Below, piece by piece: positions 30,871 to 41,181 of a stretch of 64,000 bases of DNA. The stretch's first letter is position 1, and the number at the start of each line of letters is the position of its first letter. The stretch comes from an uncultured Candidatus Saccharibacteria bacterium (GTDB taxonomy: Bacteria > Patescibacteriota > Minisyncoccia > Phycocordibacterales > UBA918): assembly GCA_964350645.1 (NCBI GenBank), contig CAYGJY010000002.1, positions 97,538-161,537 on the forward strand. Direction: 5' to 3'. The translations under genes were made by a program, and so were the position numbers. Below the pieces are notes generated by a model, which worked only from the letters and a program-made list of their open reading frames with translations, was not told the origin of the DNA and searched no databases.

Positions 30871-32388
30871 TTATACCTTCACGCGGTACTGGAGGGCCTC
30901 AAAAACATGTGCTGGTTCGATGGTTTCTTTTTGGTCGAGGTCAGCAATCGTGCGGGCAACTTTGATGAGCCGATGATAGCTGCGTGGTGAGAGATTAAGT
31001 TTTTGTGAGGAAGTTTTTAGAAGATCTTTAACATCATCACTGAGATCGATAGTTTCTTCTAAGTCGCGGGCAGACATTTCGGCGTTGGTGTTGGCACCGC
31101 GCTTAGCGAGGCGCGCAAGCTGCTGCGCACGCGCTGCAGCGATCTGCGTTCGGGCAGTTTCTGTTTCCCCAGTCTTCTTTTCTAAGTTAGTTAGCGTGTC
31201 ATAGTCAACGTGTGGTACTTCAAGCCAGAGGTCAATCCGGTCGAGGATTGGTCCAGAAACTTTTTGTTTGTAGGTATCAGCCATGGCGCCAGCGTAGTCG
31301 CTTGTACCATCTTCACTGCCTCGGTATGGATTCATGGCCGCAATTAAAATAAAATCTGCTGGGAACAAAGCACTTCCCTGCACACGCGAGATCGCCACCA
31401 CTCGATCTTCAAGTGGCTGGCGGAGCGCATCAATCGAGCGGCGTTCAAATTCTGGAAATTCATCCATGAACAATACTCCTTTATGTGCGAGGGTGACTTC
31501 ACCTGGTTTTGGATGGGCGCCGCCACCGACTAAGCTGGTGTGACTTGCGGTATGGTGTGGTGCTCGAAACGGTGGGCAAGAAGAAATCTCTTCTGAGAGA
31601 GCTCCGGCAATTGAATGAATCGCCGTGACTGCCAAAGCTTCATCGTGGGTAAGGGGTGGCAATATTCCTTGAAAAGCCCGCGCCAGCATGGTCTTGCCGG
31701 TACCGGGTGGGCCAACCAAGATAACATTATGTCGCCCAGCTGCTGCGATTAAAAGTCCGCGCTTAGCACTCTCCTGCCCCTTAATATCTTCTAATGATAT
31801 GTGGGTGTCGACCCAAGTGTGTGGAATGGTAGTAACTGCTTCTGCTGTTAACGCAGCGTGATCTTCACGGGTGCTATCAACATGCTGGACAACTTCGAGT
31901 AAGTTTTTTGCCCCAAAGACAGTAATGTCAGACACCAACGCTGCTTCTTTTGTATTTTCAGTAGGTACAACTACGTAAGCAAAACCAGCATCTCGGGCTG
32001 CGGTCACTGAGGCTAAGACACCGCGCACTGGCTGAAGGCTGCCATCAAGGGCGAGTTCACCCAGAAAAATAGTGTCAGTTGGATTGGTTTTTAGTTCAGC
32101 CGCTGCGTATAGGTACGCAATGGCGATCGGGAGATCAAACAGCGGCCCCTCTTTCTTTACATCAGCCGGGGCGAGCGAGATGACAATTTTGTGGTTTTTA
32201 CTTTTAGGCGACGGAAACCCAGAATTTTTAATAGCTGCACTCACTCGATCTTTTGATTCTTCAACGGCTTTTCCGGCTAAGCCAACAAGCGAAAAAGAAT
32301 GCAGACCTCGTGAAAGGTCAGCTTCAATCGTCACGATCGTACCGGTCAAAACTCCTGGTTGGGCAGTGAAGATACGAGCGACGGCCAT
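30871..32388 (-). CDS. comM: ComM/YifB Mg-chelatase-like AAA+ ATPase
   Basis: LAPADVKKEG, GPPGTGKTMLA, PFRAPHH, LAHKGVLFMDE, SGPILDRID. Confidence 0.93.
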   Translation of the reverse strand: MAVARIFTAQPGVLTGTIVTIEADLSRGLHSFSLVGLAGKAVEESKDRVSAAIKNSGFPSPKSKNHKIVISLAPADVKKEGPLFDLPIAIAYLYAAAELKTNPTDTIFLGELALDGSLQPVRGVLASVTAARDAGFAYVVVPTENTKEAALVSDITVFGAKNLLEVVQHVDSTREDHAALTAEAVTTIPHTWVDTHISLEDIKGQESAKRGLLIAAAGRHNVILVGPPGTGKTMLARAFQGILPPLTHDEALAVTAIHSIAGALSEEISSCPPFRAPHHTASHTSLVGGGAHPKPGEVTLAHKGVLFMDEFPEFERRSIDALRQPLEDRVVAISRVQGSALFPADFILIAAMNPYRGSEDGTSDYAGAMADTYKQKVSGPILDRIDLWLEVPHVDYDTLTNLEKKTGETETARTQIAAARAQQLARLAKRGANTNAEMSARDLEETIDLSDDVKDLLKTSSQKLNLSPRSYHRLIKVARTIADLDQKETIEPAHVFEALQYRVKV

Positions 32389-32391
32389 AGG

Positions 32392-32772
32392 CTAGATATT
32401 TAAGTCCGATTCGTCGTTGATGTGCTCCTTGCAAGTGCGCGCCGCTGGATTAGCTTCAAGTCGATCAGCTTCGATTTCTTTCTGACACAGTTCGCATCTT
32501 CCGAAGGTGCCGATAGTGATTTTTTCGAGAGCTCGGTTGAGGTTGGTGTAGCGTGCTTCGAGCACATCGAGTGTGCCGCGGCGTTCTTGCCATTCTTCTG
32601 AACGATCAGCTAGATCATTAGGGTCGGACTCAGCGTGCGCTGCATTAAGTGGTGTAGGAATCCAGTCGCCTGGGGCAGTGGGATTTTCAACACCGAGTGA
32701 CTGAAGCTCATTGGTTACCAGATCAAGTTCTGTTTCAAGCTTGGTTTTGAATATGTCGAGCTGTGTGATCAT
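32392..32772 (-). CDS. DksA/TraR family zinc-finger protein
   Basis: DPNDLA coiled-coil tip, GTFGRCELC..RLEANPAARTCKEH. Confidence 0.85.
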   Translation of the reverse strand: MITQLDIFKTKLETELDLVTNELQSLGVENPTAPGDWIPTPLNAAHAESDPNDLADRSEEWQERRGTLDVLEARYTNLNRALEKITIGTFGRCELCQKEIEADRLEANPAARTCKEHINDESDLNI

Positions 32773-32809
32773 AGAATTGTATTGTAGCACGCAGCCAACG
32801 AGAGTGACT

Positions 32810-34699
32810 TTAGCGCACTAATGGAGCAACGGCTGAAAAGGTATTGCGATTAGGGGCAATCAGTAGCGTGTTTCTGGTAATGAATCCGTACACTAACACG
32901 TCTTCGTTTTGTGGGTTTGATAAAACACGAACATCGCGATTATTAACTCTTGAATCGAGGGTGGTGGTGATAGTTGCCGGTCCAAACAATGGTGCTAGAT
33001 CGCTACTCATACTATTCTCCCATGCGAGCATACCGGCAAACATCGTGTCAAAAGAGGTGAAGCGCATGACAATTACTGGATCAGTTGCATCATAGCCGCC
33101 AAAGCTAATTGACGTCACAGCTCGCTGCATACTCCCTGGAGCATTAATTGCCATAGTACTTAAAACTAATTCGGCTGTGGCGGTGCCTTCACCTATAGTT
33201 GGATAAAATTCTGATAGTCCACTTGAACCACCCTGTAGAGCAGTTTCGACTGCGTTGTACAGTAATGTGCGGTTTCCGGGTAGGGGTAGTGGAGTTGCCT
33301 TTGGAGATTCAAGGAGTGTGTCAGTTGGGACAGTAGATGTCACAATGGTTGGCTCGATGGTGCGTGTGAAGAACCAGACTGACACACCGGTACCCAGAAT
33401 AATCGCTACAATGATAACTGCCGCTAGCGTGAGGTACGGTGTCCCTTGTTTTTTTGGTACTGGGCGACCAAGTTTGTTGAGACGATATTCTGGGATAGGA
33501 TTTCGATTGAATCGAGGATTTGACTCACTAGTATTTTGTTCAGCTGTACTGAGGATTCTTGTTTGCTGTGGGGGAACGACTTCTGGGACTGGGACTTCAG
33601 GTTTTTCGTCAACTTCTAAATCGGTCGGCTCAACTATGGGAACAACTTCTTCTGACTTTGGTGGAGCAGTTTCAGGTAGTGTTGTGGGTGAAGGGATTTC
33701 CAGCTTATCGGCCTCTTCGTCACCGACGTAATGTTGCCAGCCAGTTAGTTGTGCCGGGGTTTGTACAGGCTTTGGCTCTAGTTCAGGTGTAGCTGGTTCA
33801 GGTTCTGGTGGCACGTCAGGTTCAGCCAGAGGTTCAGGAATTTCTGGGGCAAGGACTTCTGCAGGCAGTTCAACTTCAGGGGTCAAAGTATTTTCTGGAT
33901 CATTTGAAGGACTCCAGGTCGGTGTTTGCTCGGGTAAGGGCTCAGTTATTGAAATTGTATCTGTTGTGGATGTTTCTCGTTCCTGAGTTTTGAGTCGCTT
34001 GGTAGTACTTTCGTAATCATCTTCAGGGACAAGTTTTGCGTTGGCTGCGGCGGCTTGGATGACTGACTCACGTTGGTCGATGTTTGTGACTGTGGGTGAG
34101 GTCTTTTGTTGATGTTGTAGTTTATCTTTAGTTTCGGTAAACCAGTTTTTGATTGATTGAACAATTGCCGGTACTAATTTAAAGCGGTTTCGTTTTTGGT
34201 CAGTTACAATCATGCCTTCTTCGAGTTCTTGGATACTGTCCTCGCTGTTGAAGGTTTCTTTCTTCTTGTTTTTTAAAGAAGCTGGTTGTGGGATATACGG
34301 CTTTATACTCTCAGACTTAATATCCAATGTTGGTTCCTGGATAGGAGGTGCTTTGGTAGGCTGCTTTAGCGTGTGGGCATCGTCCAACATTACTTTTTCA
34401 TCAGTGTAATCGGACGCAATTGCACTCGTTTCTCGTAAATAGTGGAATGGAGGAATTTCTGCGTCAGCTGTTGCAGCATCAAGTTCAGCTTCGAGTGAGT
34501 CAATTTTTTCAGCTGCTGTTTCAGAACGTAGGCCCGTCTGTTCAACTGCAATCGGAGTTGTTGTTTGCGGTGGTCTAGGTGGTGTTTGAGGGAGATCAGT
34601 TGCTTGTGCTTTTGCCAGGTTTTGTTCAGCTCGGGCACGATTAACATCATCAGCAAAAGTGCGTAAACGTTGTAGGGGGGCTGGTTTATGATCGGCCAT
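32810..34699 (-). CDS. Pro/Glu-rich single-pass membrane hypothetical protein
   Basis: LRTFADD N-terminus, low-complexity linker, TM, AGMLAWE C-domain. Confidence 0.7.
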   Translation of the reverse strand: MADHKPAPLQRLRTFADDVNRARAEQNLAKAQATDLPQTPPRPPQTTTPIAVEQTGLRSETAAEKIDSLEAELDAATADAEIPPFHYLRETSAIASDYTDEKVMLDDAHTLKQPTKAPPIQEPTLDIKSESIKPYIPQPASLKNKKKETFNSEDSIQELEEGMIVTDQKRNRFKLVPAIVQSIKNWFTETKDKLQHQQKTSPTVTNIDQRESVIQAAAANAKLVPEDDYESTTKRLKTQERETSTTDTISITEPLPEQTPTWSPSNDPENTLTPEVELPAEVLAPEIPEPLAEPDVPPEPEPATPELEPKPVQTPAQLTGWQHYVGDEEADKLEIPSPTTLPETAPPKSEEVVPIVEPTDLEVDEKPEVPVPEVVPPQQTRILSTAEQNTSESNPRFNRNPIPEYRLNKLGRPVPKKQGTPYLTLAAVIIVAIILGTGVSVWFFTRTIEPTIVTSTVPTDTLLESPKATPLPLPGNRTLLYNAVETALQGGSSGLSEFYPTIGEGTATAELVLSTMAINAPGSMQRAVTSISFGGYDATDPVIVMRFTSFDTMFAGMLAWENSMSSDLAPLFGPATITTTLDSRVNNRDVRVLSNPQNEDVLVYGFITRNTLLIAPNRNTFSAVAPLVR

Positions 34700-34800
34700 G
34701 AATACTCATAGTATCTCATGTTTTTGAGCTTTGTTTCTAGTTCAGTACACAGGAAAACAGGCGGCACACACTAAGTGAGTGCCGCCTGTTTTTCAACTCC

Positions 34801-36936
34801 CTACTCTTTTATGGTTGGCGCTTTGAGTCCTTTGTTCGCTGCCCACTCACTGTCGGCTTGTTTGATAGATAGACCAATCTTTCCTTCTGCTACTTTGCTA
34901 ATAATGACCGGTACCTGGTCGCCTTCCTTTAGTATCCCGTCCATGCTCTCAATTCGAAACGGCGCAATTTCAGAGATATGGATTAGACCTTCGTTTAAAT
35001 CATCAATTCGCGCAAATGCTCCAAAGTCTGCAATGCGAGTTACGGTAGCGGTCAATCGTTCACCAACGGTATAGACTTTTGTGAGGGCAGCGATTCGTGC
35101 TTCAGCTGCCTCAGCAGTGCCATTCTTTCCCGAGATAAAGACAGTACCGTCATCTTCAATAGAGATTTCCTCAACTCCGGTGTCGTCTTTAATGCCGTTG
35201 ATAGTTTTACCCCCACCACCGATGACGAGACCAATTTGTTCCGGCATGATTTTCATCACAATAATCTTCGGTGCTCGTGGTGAAATATCTGCCCGCGGAG
35301 TAGCAATTTCCGCTTCCATCACATCCAGAATCTGTAAGCGGGCGGCTTTGGCCTTTTCAAGCGCTGCGGTCAAAATTTCAACCGAAACGCCGTCTACTTT
35401 TACATCCATCTGAATCGCCGTAATCCCCTCTCGTGTTCCAGCTACCTTAAAGTCCATGTCGCCATGTTCATCTTCAGGACCTTGAATGTCAGTCAAGAGG
35501 GCGTGTTGATCACCAACGATCATTACACCTGAAGCAATCCCGGCTACAGGCCGCTTGATCGGGACGCCGCCATCCATCAACGCTAAGGTTGAGCCACAGA
35601 CCGATCCCATTGAACTTGAACCATTACTCGACATCGTTTCCGATACCAAACGAATGGTGTAAGGAAATTCTTCTTTACTCGGTATCACTGGTAACACTGC
35701 TTTTTCTGCCAGCGCACCATGGCCAATCATACGGCGATTGAATCCACCCACGCGACCAGTTTCGCCAACTGAAAACGGCGGAAAGTTGTAATGATGAATA
35801 TAGCGTTTCTTAGCTTCTTGTTCTTCCATGGTGTCGATAAGTTGCGCTGCTTCAGGGCCACCAAGCGTCAGCGCCGTGAAGATATGCGTACCACCACGAT
35901 AAAAAATCCCCGAGCCGTGCAAGACTGGTGAAATACCGCCAGCTTGCGCGTAGAGCTCTCGCACGTCATCCATGCCGCGGCCGTCGGCTCGCTTGCCGTC
36001 TTCAATAGCTCCACGATGGAGTTCTTTGTCGACCTCATGTTCGAAGAAGTCACCGGCATGAGCGAGGTTGAGGTCTTCGATCACTTCTTTGGCGGCTGTT
36101 AGGAATTCATCTTTTAGATCATGAATGTGATCTTTTCCGGCCTTGCCAGAAAATATAACGTCGGTAAGTTTGTTTTGAAATTTCTCAGCGAAAAATGTTG
36201 CTAGCTCTGGTGGTAATTCGCGGACACCCGCTGCTCGCTTTGTTTTGCCAATCTGAGCGATGATCTCAGCTTGAAACGATTCAATTTGTTGATGGACGTT
36301 GAGACTCGCCTCGAGAATAGTGGTAACGGTTTTTTCGTCAATTTCATTCGCGGCGGTTTCAACCATGTTAATCTTGCCGTCTTTACCACAAGCGAGTACT
36401 TCGAAGGTGAGTAGATCAGTTTCTCGTTGGCTGTAGGTTGGGTTAATGAGAATCTCACCGCTGGCTTTGTCTTGTCCAATGCGGACGGCCCCGACGGGGC
36501 CGTCCCATGGAATATCCGATACACCCAGTGCAAGACTGGCTCCAATAATACCCAGTACATCTGGATCGTCCTCCCCCATCGCCAAGACGGTGATGACTAC
36601 CTGGATGTCATTACGGATGTGATGATTAAACAATGGTCGAATGGTGCGGTCGACAATACGTGCTGACAAGACCGCCTCGTCACTTGGGCGTCCTTCGCGA
36701 CGCATAAATCGACTGCCGAGGATTTGTCCCGCCGCATAAAACTTCTCTTCAAATTCAACCGACAAGGGGAAAAATGGCAAGGCTGCATTTTCTCGACTGC
36801 TCATCACAGCCGTGACTAAGATTGCAGTTTCGCCATAACGAAGAATAACTGAGCCATTGGCTTGGCTGGTGAGGTCGGTGAAGTCGGCGGTCAGGGTTTT
36901 GCCCGCGAGCTCCATCGAAAATGATTGTTTTTGCAT
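34801..36936 (-). CDS. pnp: Polyribonucleotide nucleotidyltransferase
   Basis: RIVDRTIRPLF, HYNFPPFSVGE, SNGSSSM, GDMDFKVAG, KH and S1 domains. Confidence 0.98.
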   Translation of the reverse strand: MQKQSFSMELAGKTLTADFTDLTSQANGSVILRYGETAILVTAVMSSRENAALPFFPLSVEFEEKFYAAGQILGSRFMRREGRPSDEAVLSARIVDRTIRPLFNHHIRNDIQVVITVLAMGEDDPDVLGIIGASLALGVSDIPWDGPVGAVRIGQDKASGEILINPTYSQRETDLLTFEVLACGKDGKINMVETAANEIDEKTVTTILEASLNVHQQIESFQAEIIAQIGKTKRAAGVRELPPELATFFAEKFQNKLTDVIFSGKAGKDHIHDLKDEFLTAAKEVIEDLNLAHAGDFFEHEVDKELHRGAIEDGKRADGRGMDDVRELYAQAGGISPVLHGSGIFYRGGTHIFTALTLGGPEAAQLIDTMEEQEAKKRYIHHYNFPPFSVGETGRVGGFNRRMIGHGALAEKAVLPVIPSKEEFPYTIRLVSETMSSNGSSSMGSVCGSTLALMDGGVPIKRPVAGIASGVMIVGDQHALLTDIQGPEDEHGDMDFKVAGTREGITAIQMDVKVDGVSVEILTAALEKAKAARLQILDVMEAEIATPRADISPRAPKIIVMKIMPEQIGLVIGGGGKTINGIKDDTGVEEISIEDDGTVFISGKNGTAEAAEARIAALTKVYTVGERLTATVTRIADFGAFARIDDLNEGLIHISEIAPFRIESMDGILKEGDQVPVIISKVAEGKIGLSIKQADSEWAANKGLKAPTIKE

Positions 36937-36939
36937 TAA

Positions 36940-37080
36940 GAAATTGTCTTATGAGAGACAAACAGTACAGATTTCAATTCATATTTTGAAATCTTTGGCT
37001 GTGTGCCCCTCGCTAGTATGTTAGAAGAATACCCCACCACGCAGGGCGGACGCAAGCACCCGCCCTACTCCACCATACTT
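36940..37080 (-). promoter_or_regulatory. Structured pnp 5' leader
   Basis: Stems AGTATG/CATACT, AGGGCGG/CCGCCCT, AGATTTCAA/TTGAAATCT; pnp leaders are often autoregulatory. Confidence 0.45.
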
Positions 37081-37153
37081 AACACAAAAAATTGATTTTT
37101 AAGTAAATATGTGTTATAATAATAAATAGAAAACTTTTGTATTTGGGGGTTGT

Positions 37154-37345
37154 ATGTCTCGACGAGAAATGAAAGCACGGCGACGGTCCAATCGCCTGGC
37201 AGTGGTACTTATAAGTATTTGTACCATTCTGCTCGCGGTATTCATTCTTTACTGGATCAGGGATCTTCTCATTGAAAGTCCGATCAGTGAAATGAATAGC
37301 ACATTTGAGAGCATTGGCCAGCTCTCGGTCCCGCAGCGACCTTAA
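37154..37345 (+). CDS. Small single-TM protein (accessory)
   Basis: TTGATT-17-TATAAT promoter, GGGGG before ATG, basic N-terminus plus TM, hairpin terminator at about 37356-37410. Confidence 0.6.
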   Translation: MSRREMKARRRSNRLAVVLISICTILLAVFILYWIRDLLIESPISEMNSTFESIGQLSVPQRP

Positions 37346-37416
37346 ACACTGCACTAAAAAGCGCCCCTCCGGGATCTAATCTCGGGCGGGCGTTCTTTCT
37401 TTACATACTCGCGTGC

Positions 37417-38043
37417 TCACATTTCGTCTGTGTCAGTCCCGACTACTTTTTTGATTTGGTCGAGGAGGCCACCATCAGATTTTTTTTGATTGGTTTTCTG
37501 ATGATTTTGTTTTTTATTGCGAGCAGTGCGTCCACCACGGTATCCGATCAAGAAAGTATTTGGGTCTTCGTCCATGTCAATGAAGTCATCAACGGCTGCC
37601 TTCAGGCCTGAGCTAGCGCTCCGTCCAAACGTAATCGCTTCTACCTGGCAACCCTGACTTTTAATGTATTCAACAGCTGGGATGAAGTCCCCGTCACCAG
37701 TTGCGAACACAATCGCATCAACTTTGTGTGAGAGCTTGATAGCGTCGACTACCATCCCAACGTCCCAGTCGGCTTTCTTGGCACCACCGTAGAAAATTTG
37801 CAGGTCTTTGGTTTTGATTTCAATGCCAACCTTTTCGAGAGCTTCAAAGAAAGGTTGTTCTTCCCCGCTTTCGGTGTTGACTACGTAGGAAATGGCGCGA
37901 ATAAGTTTACGGTCGCCAAGCGCCGCGGCAACCACTTCCGCAAAGTTTACTTTTGACTTGTAGAGATTTTTGGCACTGTGATATAGGTTTTGTGTGTCGA
38001 TAATCATCGCCACACGTTGTTCTTCGTGTCGTATAACTGACAT
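37417..38043 (-). CDS. NYN domain (LabA/DUF88) protein
   Basis: IDTQNLY, KADWDVG, TGDGDF. Confidence 0.9.
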   Translation of the reverse strand: MSVIRHEEQRVAMIIDTQNLYHSAKNLYKSKVNFAEVVAAALGDRKLIRAISYVVNTESGEEQPFFEALEKVGIEIKTKDLQIFYGGAKKADWDVGMVVDAIKLSHKVDAIVFATGDGDFIPAVEYIKSQGCQVEAITFGRSASSGLKAAVDDFIDMDEDPNTFLIGYRGGRTARNKKQNHQKTNQKKSDGGLLDQIKKVVGTDTDEM

Positions 38044-38136
38044 ATTTTATATTAAAATTAGGTACTAAAGTAACTAGGGAGCACTATGAAAAAAGTGGAA
38101 AATAAGTAGCCCGCGCCAAAGGCGCGGGCAGACTAC

Positions 38137-38403
38137 TTATTTCTTCAAACCAAGCTTCTTAAGCAGTGCAGCGTATGACTTGTCGTCTTTGCGCTGAAGA
38201 TACTTCAAGTGCTTGCGGCGGTCGGCTACCATCTGGAGAAGTCCGCGTCGTGAGTGAAAATCTTTAGCGTTCTTCTTGAGGTGAGAGGCCAGTTCGTTGA
38301 TACGTCGGGTCAAGAGCGCTACTTGCGCTTCTGGTGATCCGGTATCAGCGTCGTGACGTTTCACGTCGGTGATAGCGTTGGCTTTTTGTCGTTTGCTTAA
38401 CAT
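38137..38403 (-). CDS. rpsO: 30S ribosomal protein S15
   Basis: DTGSPEAQVALLT, DFHSRRGLL. Confidence 0.97.
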   Translation of the reverse strand: MLSKRQKANAITDVKRHDADTGSPEAQVALLTRRINELASHLKKNAKDFHSRRGLLQMVADRRKHLKYLQRKDDKSYAALLKKLGLKK

Positions 38404-38617
38404 AACGGCAATCTAGTTAAAAATGTGAGTTTGTCGCGGTAGATACTACTTTCTATATGAAAATATCCGTCTCAAACTCAACTGGTAATCTGCGAAGATT
38501 GTTACAACTATAGCATAAAAATTCAATTTTGCAAGTTCTACGATAGAGATGGCTGGTTGTCAAAAGTACGAACGGCCGGCCACGAGCAAAAGCTCTATGC
38601 GGCCGGCCGGGTTCTAC

Positions 38618-38977
38618 TCAGTCTTCGACTGCCCCATAGATTGCCTCACGCTCCTCTTTAAATGCAAAGAGGATGAGTAGTCTTGTTTTTTTCTCAAAGT
38701 GAAATCCTCGCTTGTAGAAAAAGCCTGGCGGTGCAGTAACTGGAGTAGTGAAAAATACTCGGCCATAGCACTGGGCCTGCTCGGCGCCTTGGACGGGTAG
38801 ATGGTACCCGTCCATCCGCATCTCTCCAAATGAGTCACCTCCGCATTGCCGCTGACCTTCGGCGATTGCGGCGTTTAGGTGTTTCATGCCGATCGCCATG
38901 AACTCGGGGGGCTCAGCGGCTACTTGAGCAACTGATGACATGACTGTCACCAGCATCATCGCACCAAAAATTTTCAT
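38618..38977 (-). CDS. Secreted hypothetical protein (accessory)
   Basis: Signal peptide, 2 Cys, SD-like AGGAGAGAAGGA, 5' hairpin, own terminator at about 38573-38610. Confidence 0.65.
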   Translation of the reverse strand: MKIFGAMMLVTVMSSVAQVAAEPPEFMAIGMKHLNAAIAEGQRQCGGDSFGEMRMDGYHLPVQGAEQAQCYGRVFFTTPVTAPPGFFYKRGFHFEKKTRLLILFAFKEEREAIYGAVED

Positions 38978-39325
38978 CGTTCCTTCTCTCCTGTTTGAGT
39001 GCCTCTTTAACCCGTCTTCCGCGGGTTCTACTTTCTACAATGCCACAACTATATAAAAAATCAATAGCTTCACTCTTTAAATATGAAAGTGACGACCCGA
39101 TCTGTTGTTACACAGATACTAGTGGGTCGCCACGTTGTTGATGGGTCGATGTCGCAGATGGTGCTTTTCATTAGACCGTCTGCCCGGCAGTGTTGACCCC
39201 TTGAGCAACTTCCTCAACCGCTTCAGAGGCGTAGACTCTTGGATCGTAGAACACTGCCCAAAATTCCACTACCGTATCCGCCGGCCTTTGTTTTGCGACT
39301 CATGTAAAGTGCTACAATTATTACG

Positions 39326-40240
39326 ATGAAACTCAGTCAGTTACAACGCCAATTTATGGAGTACTTGGAGATTGAACGAGGTCGGAGCCTTAAGACTGTT
39401 GAGAACTATGATCGGTATTTGACGAAGTTTCTACAGTTTGCCAAGACTGATGATCCGAAGAAACTAACTGAAGATATGGTGCGCGAGTTTCGACTGTGGC
39501 TCAATCGACAAGATGGTACGAAGGTGGGCTCACGGATGGAACCAATGAAACGCCGTACGCAGAACTACTACTTGATTGCACTACGCGCTTTTTTGAAGTA
39601 TCTGCGTAAGCGTGACGTTGAGTCACTCAACCCTGAGCGGATTGAACTGGCGAAAGTCCCCGAACGTTCGCTTGATCTTATCTCTCCCCAAGAACTCGAT
39701 CGTCTCATGAAAGCGCCTGACCTTGGAACAATTCAAGGCTTGCGTGATCGAGCAATTTTGGAATTACTCTTTTCGACTGGCCTGCGTATCTCTGAGCTGA
39801 CTAACCTGTCAACTGATGATGTCGATTTGAGTCGCGACGAGTTCTCGGTGCGAGGGAAAGGAGACAAAATTCGGGTGGTGTTTCTTTCAGACACAGCTAA
39901 GGCAGCTATCAAAGCGTATCTCAAAGAGCGGAAGGATATGAGTGATGCACTTTTCGTGCAGTATGGGAAAAATGCCAAAGGGGCGAAAGACTTACGTCTT
40001 TCGCCCCGGGCGGTACAGCGTATGTTGAAAGCCTGTGCGATTCAAGCCGGTATCACCCGTAAGGTCACGCCACATGTGATTCGTCACAGCTTCGCCACTG
40101 ACTTACTCAGTAATGGCGCAGACTTGCGTTCGGTACAGGCTTTGCTTGGCCATGCCAATATCGGCACCACACAAGTCTACACCCACGTAACCGACAAGCA
40201 TTTGCGCGATGTCCATAAAAAATTCCACGGGAAGAAATAA
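39326..40240 (+). CDS. XerC/XerD-type tyrosine recombinase
   Basis: RDRAILELLFSTGLRISE, GKGDK, HVIRHSFAT, LLGH, TQVY. Confidence 0.92.
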   Translation: MKLSQLQRQFMEYLEIERGRSLKTVENYDRYLTKFLQFAKTDDPKKLTEDMVREFRLWLNRQDGTKVGSRMEPMKRRTQNYYLIALRAFLKYLRKRDVESLNPERIELAKVPERSLDLISPQELDRLMKAPDLGTIQGLRDRAILELLFSTGLRISELTNLSTDDVDLSRDEFSVRGKGDKIRVVFLSDTAKAAIKAYLKERKDMSDALFVQYGKNAKGAKDLRLSPRAVQRMLKACAIQAGITRKVTPHVIRHSFATDLLSNGADLRSVQALLGHANIGTTQVYTHVTDKHLRDVHKKFHGKK

Positions 40241-40248
40241 GAAAATCT

Positions 40249-41121
40249 ATGACGGGAACTATCTTTTTAATTGCGCTGATTCCGTTACTGTTGTTTGGGA
40301 TTGGTGACGCCATCGCTGCTATTCCAGGCCGACGTCTCTCACCCATCACCATGACATTTATCATGGACTGCTGTAGTTTTGTTCTGTTTGGTGTTTTGGG
40401 ATTTTTCTTTTGGCATCTGTATATCTTTGATCAGACGCTACTGTTTGCATTTCTGGCCGGTGTGGCTGGGTACACTGGATTTTTGATGTATGTGTACTCC
40501 CTACGTCTCGGTGATGTTGGAGTGACGGCAGCAATTGCAAACTCCTACCCACTGCTAACCCTCGTCTATGGGTATGTAGTATTACAGGAAGTGATCGCGC
40601 CCGGGCAACTAGTGGCTGTAGCTTTGATATTACTGGGTATCTTTGGCATCTCTACTCAATTTTCTCTACAAAGTTTTACGGATAACCGAATTAGGAACAC
40701 CAGTATTATTTTAGCTTTTGGTGCTGCACTGATGTGGGCAGCACACGTACTCTTAAGTAGTATTGCACTCGCAACTTTGCCTCCAATCCAAACTATTCAT
40801 TTTTCAGCTATTGGGTCATTTGTACTGGGGCTTGTGGTATTTAGTTTTAAACGAGGGCGACTGAACGAGCTATTGCAAGCCAGTAAAATCGATGTTGGCA
40901 CATCGATATTGACCAGCTTGCTGTATTTTAGCGGCATGTTTGCCCTGTACAGTGCTCTAAAATTTGGATCGGTGGGACTTGTGTCGACAGTAGCGGCGGC
41001 ATCACCATTTGTCTCTGCAGTGTTTGCGTATTGTTTTTTCAAGGAACAACTGTTGCGGGCTGAGTGGTTGGCGATTGCGATTGTAGTACTTGGACTGGTG
41101 GGGCTTGGAGTATCATTCTGA
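40249..41121 (+). CDS. EamA/DMT family transporter
   Basis: About 10 TMs in two EamA repeats. Confidence 0.85.
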   Translation: MTGTIFLIALIPLLLFGIGDAIAAIPGRRLSPITMTFIMDCCSFVLFGVLGFFFWHLYIFDQTLLFAFLAGVAGYTGFLMYVYSLRLGDVGVTAAIANSYPLLTLVYGYVVLQEVIAPGQLVAVALILLGIFGISTQFSLQSFTDNRIRNTSIILAFGAALMWAAHVLLSSIALATLPPIQTIHFSAIGSFVLGLVVFSFKRGRLNELLQASKIDVGTSILTSLLYFSGMFALYSALKFGSVGLVSTVAAASPFVSAVFAYCFFKEQLLRAEWLAIAIVVLGLVGLGVSF

Positions 41122-41126
41122 AAGTA

Positions 41127-41172
41127 AAAACACAAAAGGCCGGCGAACAGAGCTCGCCGGCCTTTTGTGTTT
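41127..41172. terminator. Bidirectional terminator
   Basis: AAAACACAAAAGGCCGGCGA...TCGCCGGCCTTTTGTGTTTT. Confidence 0.8.
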
Positions 41173-41181
41173 TGAGTAGTA

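Noticed and set aside
33400-34000. Pro/Glu-rich repeats in the 629-aa protein
   Set aside because: Low-complexity linker without exact nucleotide repeat units.
39326-40240. Recombinase as the integrase of a prophage or integron
   Set aside because: Housekeeping XerC/D-like sequence, no IntI insertion, no att repeats, attC array or phage genes seen.
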